From Paraphysomonas bandaiensis (Eukaryota > Protista > Chrysophyceae), in contig CBFFRP010000126.1 of assembly GCA_965644295.1 (NCBI GenBank), positions 42,726 to 106,725 of the forward strand: a stretch of DNA of 64,000 nt. Reading direction: 5' to 3'. Below, one piece after another: positions 62,212 to 64,000 of the stretch. The notes beneath the pieces are model-generated. The model saw only the letters and a list, made by a program, of their open reading frames with translations, made no database searches and was not told where the DNA came from. A program made the position numbers and the translations under genes. Numbering within the stretch: position 1 is the stretch's first letter; each line of letters begins with the position of its first letter.

Positions 62212-64000
62212 TATCAATGATAGACCATTTCATTGCATTGGCGGTAAACTTCTTCGATATCAACGCAATGACCTGAAACAATTCTACACCCTCATCTGAA
62301 ATTGCAATCTGAATTAACACTCCACCACAGGCATAGTCTGAAGCATCAGTCATTAACAACCATCGCAAATTGTAATCCGGGTGATACAAGGTAAGAGACT
62401 TTAGTATGGCCTTTTTGAACGTTTCAAACTCATTCCTATAGTCTACTTTCCAATTTGCTTCTGTCCAATCAAAATCCTTTTTAGTCATATCATTGAGCCG
62501 ATGCGTTAACTGACTGTAGTCCACTATAAATGGTTTGAAATACACTGCAGCTCCCAAAAACCGTTGCATTTGTTTAGTTTTATTTGCACCTTCTGGAAAT
62601 ATAATTGAATTTACAGATTCTTTTCGTTCCTGCGTCAGCGCATAGGTATTATCCTGACACAAATATCCAAAGAACTCCACCGAAGAATATCCGAACTTAC
62701 TCTTAGATAACTTCAACACCACATTGTATTCTTTGCAACGTATTAGAACCAATTCCAATTTGGTGTACGCATCATTTTATAATCGTTCGCTAATATCAGC
62801 ATATTATCAAATATGACAATCATCCATTCGGTATAATCACTGAATATCTCTGACATTACCATCATCAACACCCCACTAGCCGGAGACACTCCTTCTGGCA
62901 AGAACTTCGGCTCAAATTGGCCCCACGGTGTTTGTACAGACAACAATGCTGACGTATTTTCATCCAGAGGTATGCCATGAAATGCATTGCATATGTCTAA
63001 GTCAACAAAAACCTTATATCCTGCAGCCTTGTGCAACTCTTTGATTACATCAGGAATCGGGAAGTGTGGACTCTCCATCTCAAGATTGACAACGCGATAG
63101 TCTCCACATATCCTAATGAAAGGTTTCGTTGCCTTTGGTGCAACTACAATAGGCGAAGCGTATGGACTCATACTCTTCTTGTAGAAATACTTTAACATTC
63201 TTTCAAACTCCTGCTTGGTCCGATCGTACAATTTCGGAGGAACCCTTCGCATATTTTTCGGTTTAATCCGATCTGGAATTGTAGACTTGCATTTGAGTTT
63301 AAGTGGCGTCATCTTGATTCCAGTCCACTTTTTAGGTACAAATACTTCCATTCCAAGTGTCCTCAACAGCTCTAAAACTTTTGTCTGCTTCGCAAATTCA
63401 GGATGAATTCGCTCCTCCAACTTGCTCAAGTACTCTTGCTCAGCCTCTTCCACTGACATCTCCATAAAATTTATAAGTCCACCAAATGAACAAGGTTCTG
63501 GCATCAACTCATCTTCCGGAGCAACCCCTGCATTAGGCTTCCCCCATGGCACTCGTGTAGGAACTTTAGTAATTTTGTTATAGTCAGTTTCGAAATCATC
63601 TATCGAATAGTTAATCTGACACTCCACGCCCGCAAGCAAGTTTAGATGCATTATAGTATCACCCGAATTCGCATTACTTGTAGACTGAACCATTTTACAA
63701 AACAATTCTGCGAAGTGCTCGCATATAGCTGGCAAACCGATTATAACTTCTTTAGTCAATCCATCCAACACATACAGCTTTAGCTTAGCACTGTAGATCT
63801 TTTCGCAATCCTTAAACTGCATTATTGTAACAGGAACATATCCCTTTATCTGAACTTCTTTACCATTGGCTACTCTGACTCGAATTGGCCTTTCCACTAA
63901 ATGCTTTTTTAATTTTTCTCCAACTTCATCCAAATACTCCTTAGAAATAAAATTATCGTTGCTCGATCCCGAGTCAAATAAAGCTACATCCACTACAATT

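Larger units (their letters stand above)
55418..64000 (-). mobile_element. Ty3/gypsy chromovirus-type LTR retrotransposon (PR-RT-RH-IN-chromo; 3' LTR 55418-55880), disrupted by two nested insertions
   Basis: PR ALFDSGS, RT RICGDYR and DLDICNAF, RH TDAS/DKECF/TDH, IN HNGRMGH..CALC with ERSH and GPY, chromodomain EFQVQFEDGSLLWLPW. The PPT GGAGGGAGAAGGGG lies just before TGTCAC. Frameshifts at ~62770, ~61230 and ~57330. Confidence 0.93.

Overview
This is eukaryotic nuclear DNA with many ~50-nt spliceosomal introns. It is probably from a stramenopile (ochrophyte/chrysophyte-like) protist, but that is inferred from protein style and intron size only. Host genes: SelO protein adenylyltransferase (Cys form), Sec61-gamma, a BK/Slo-type K+ channel, a divergent importin-alpha, RPL28, a divergent SMC ATPase, WDR12/Ytm1, a YbaK-like editing protein, a secreted glutaminyl cyclase, an unknown low-complexity protein, a ~2,500-aa four-repeat cyclic-nucleotide-gated channel with EF-hands, Ras, and a pseudokinase-PH protein. 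Ten of these sit in five head-to-head pairs. The spacers are filled with transposons: three Ty1/copia pieces, many hAT relics and MITEs, a Tc1/mariner relic, a LINE fragment, and a chromodomain Ty3/gypsy element interrupted by a DNA transposon and by a young non-autonomous LTR element. The most unusual items are (1) the single-chain four-repeat CNG channel with an asymmetric filter (GFGD/GVAD/VVGD/GYGD) and C-terminal EF-hands, (2) the gypsy RT with IFDN in place of YxDD, (3) the pol-less LTR element carrying a duplicated C4 zinc-finger ORF, and (4) the diverged but intact SMC. Exon boundaries were read by eye and need RNA-seq confirmation.
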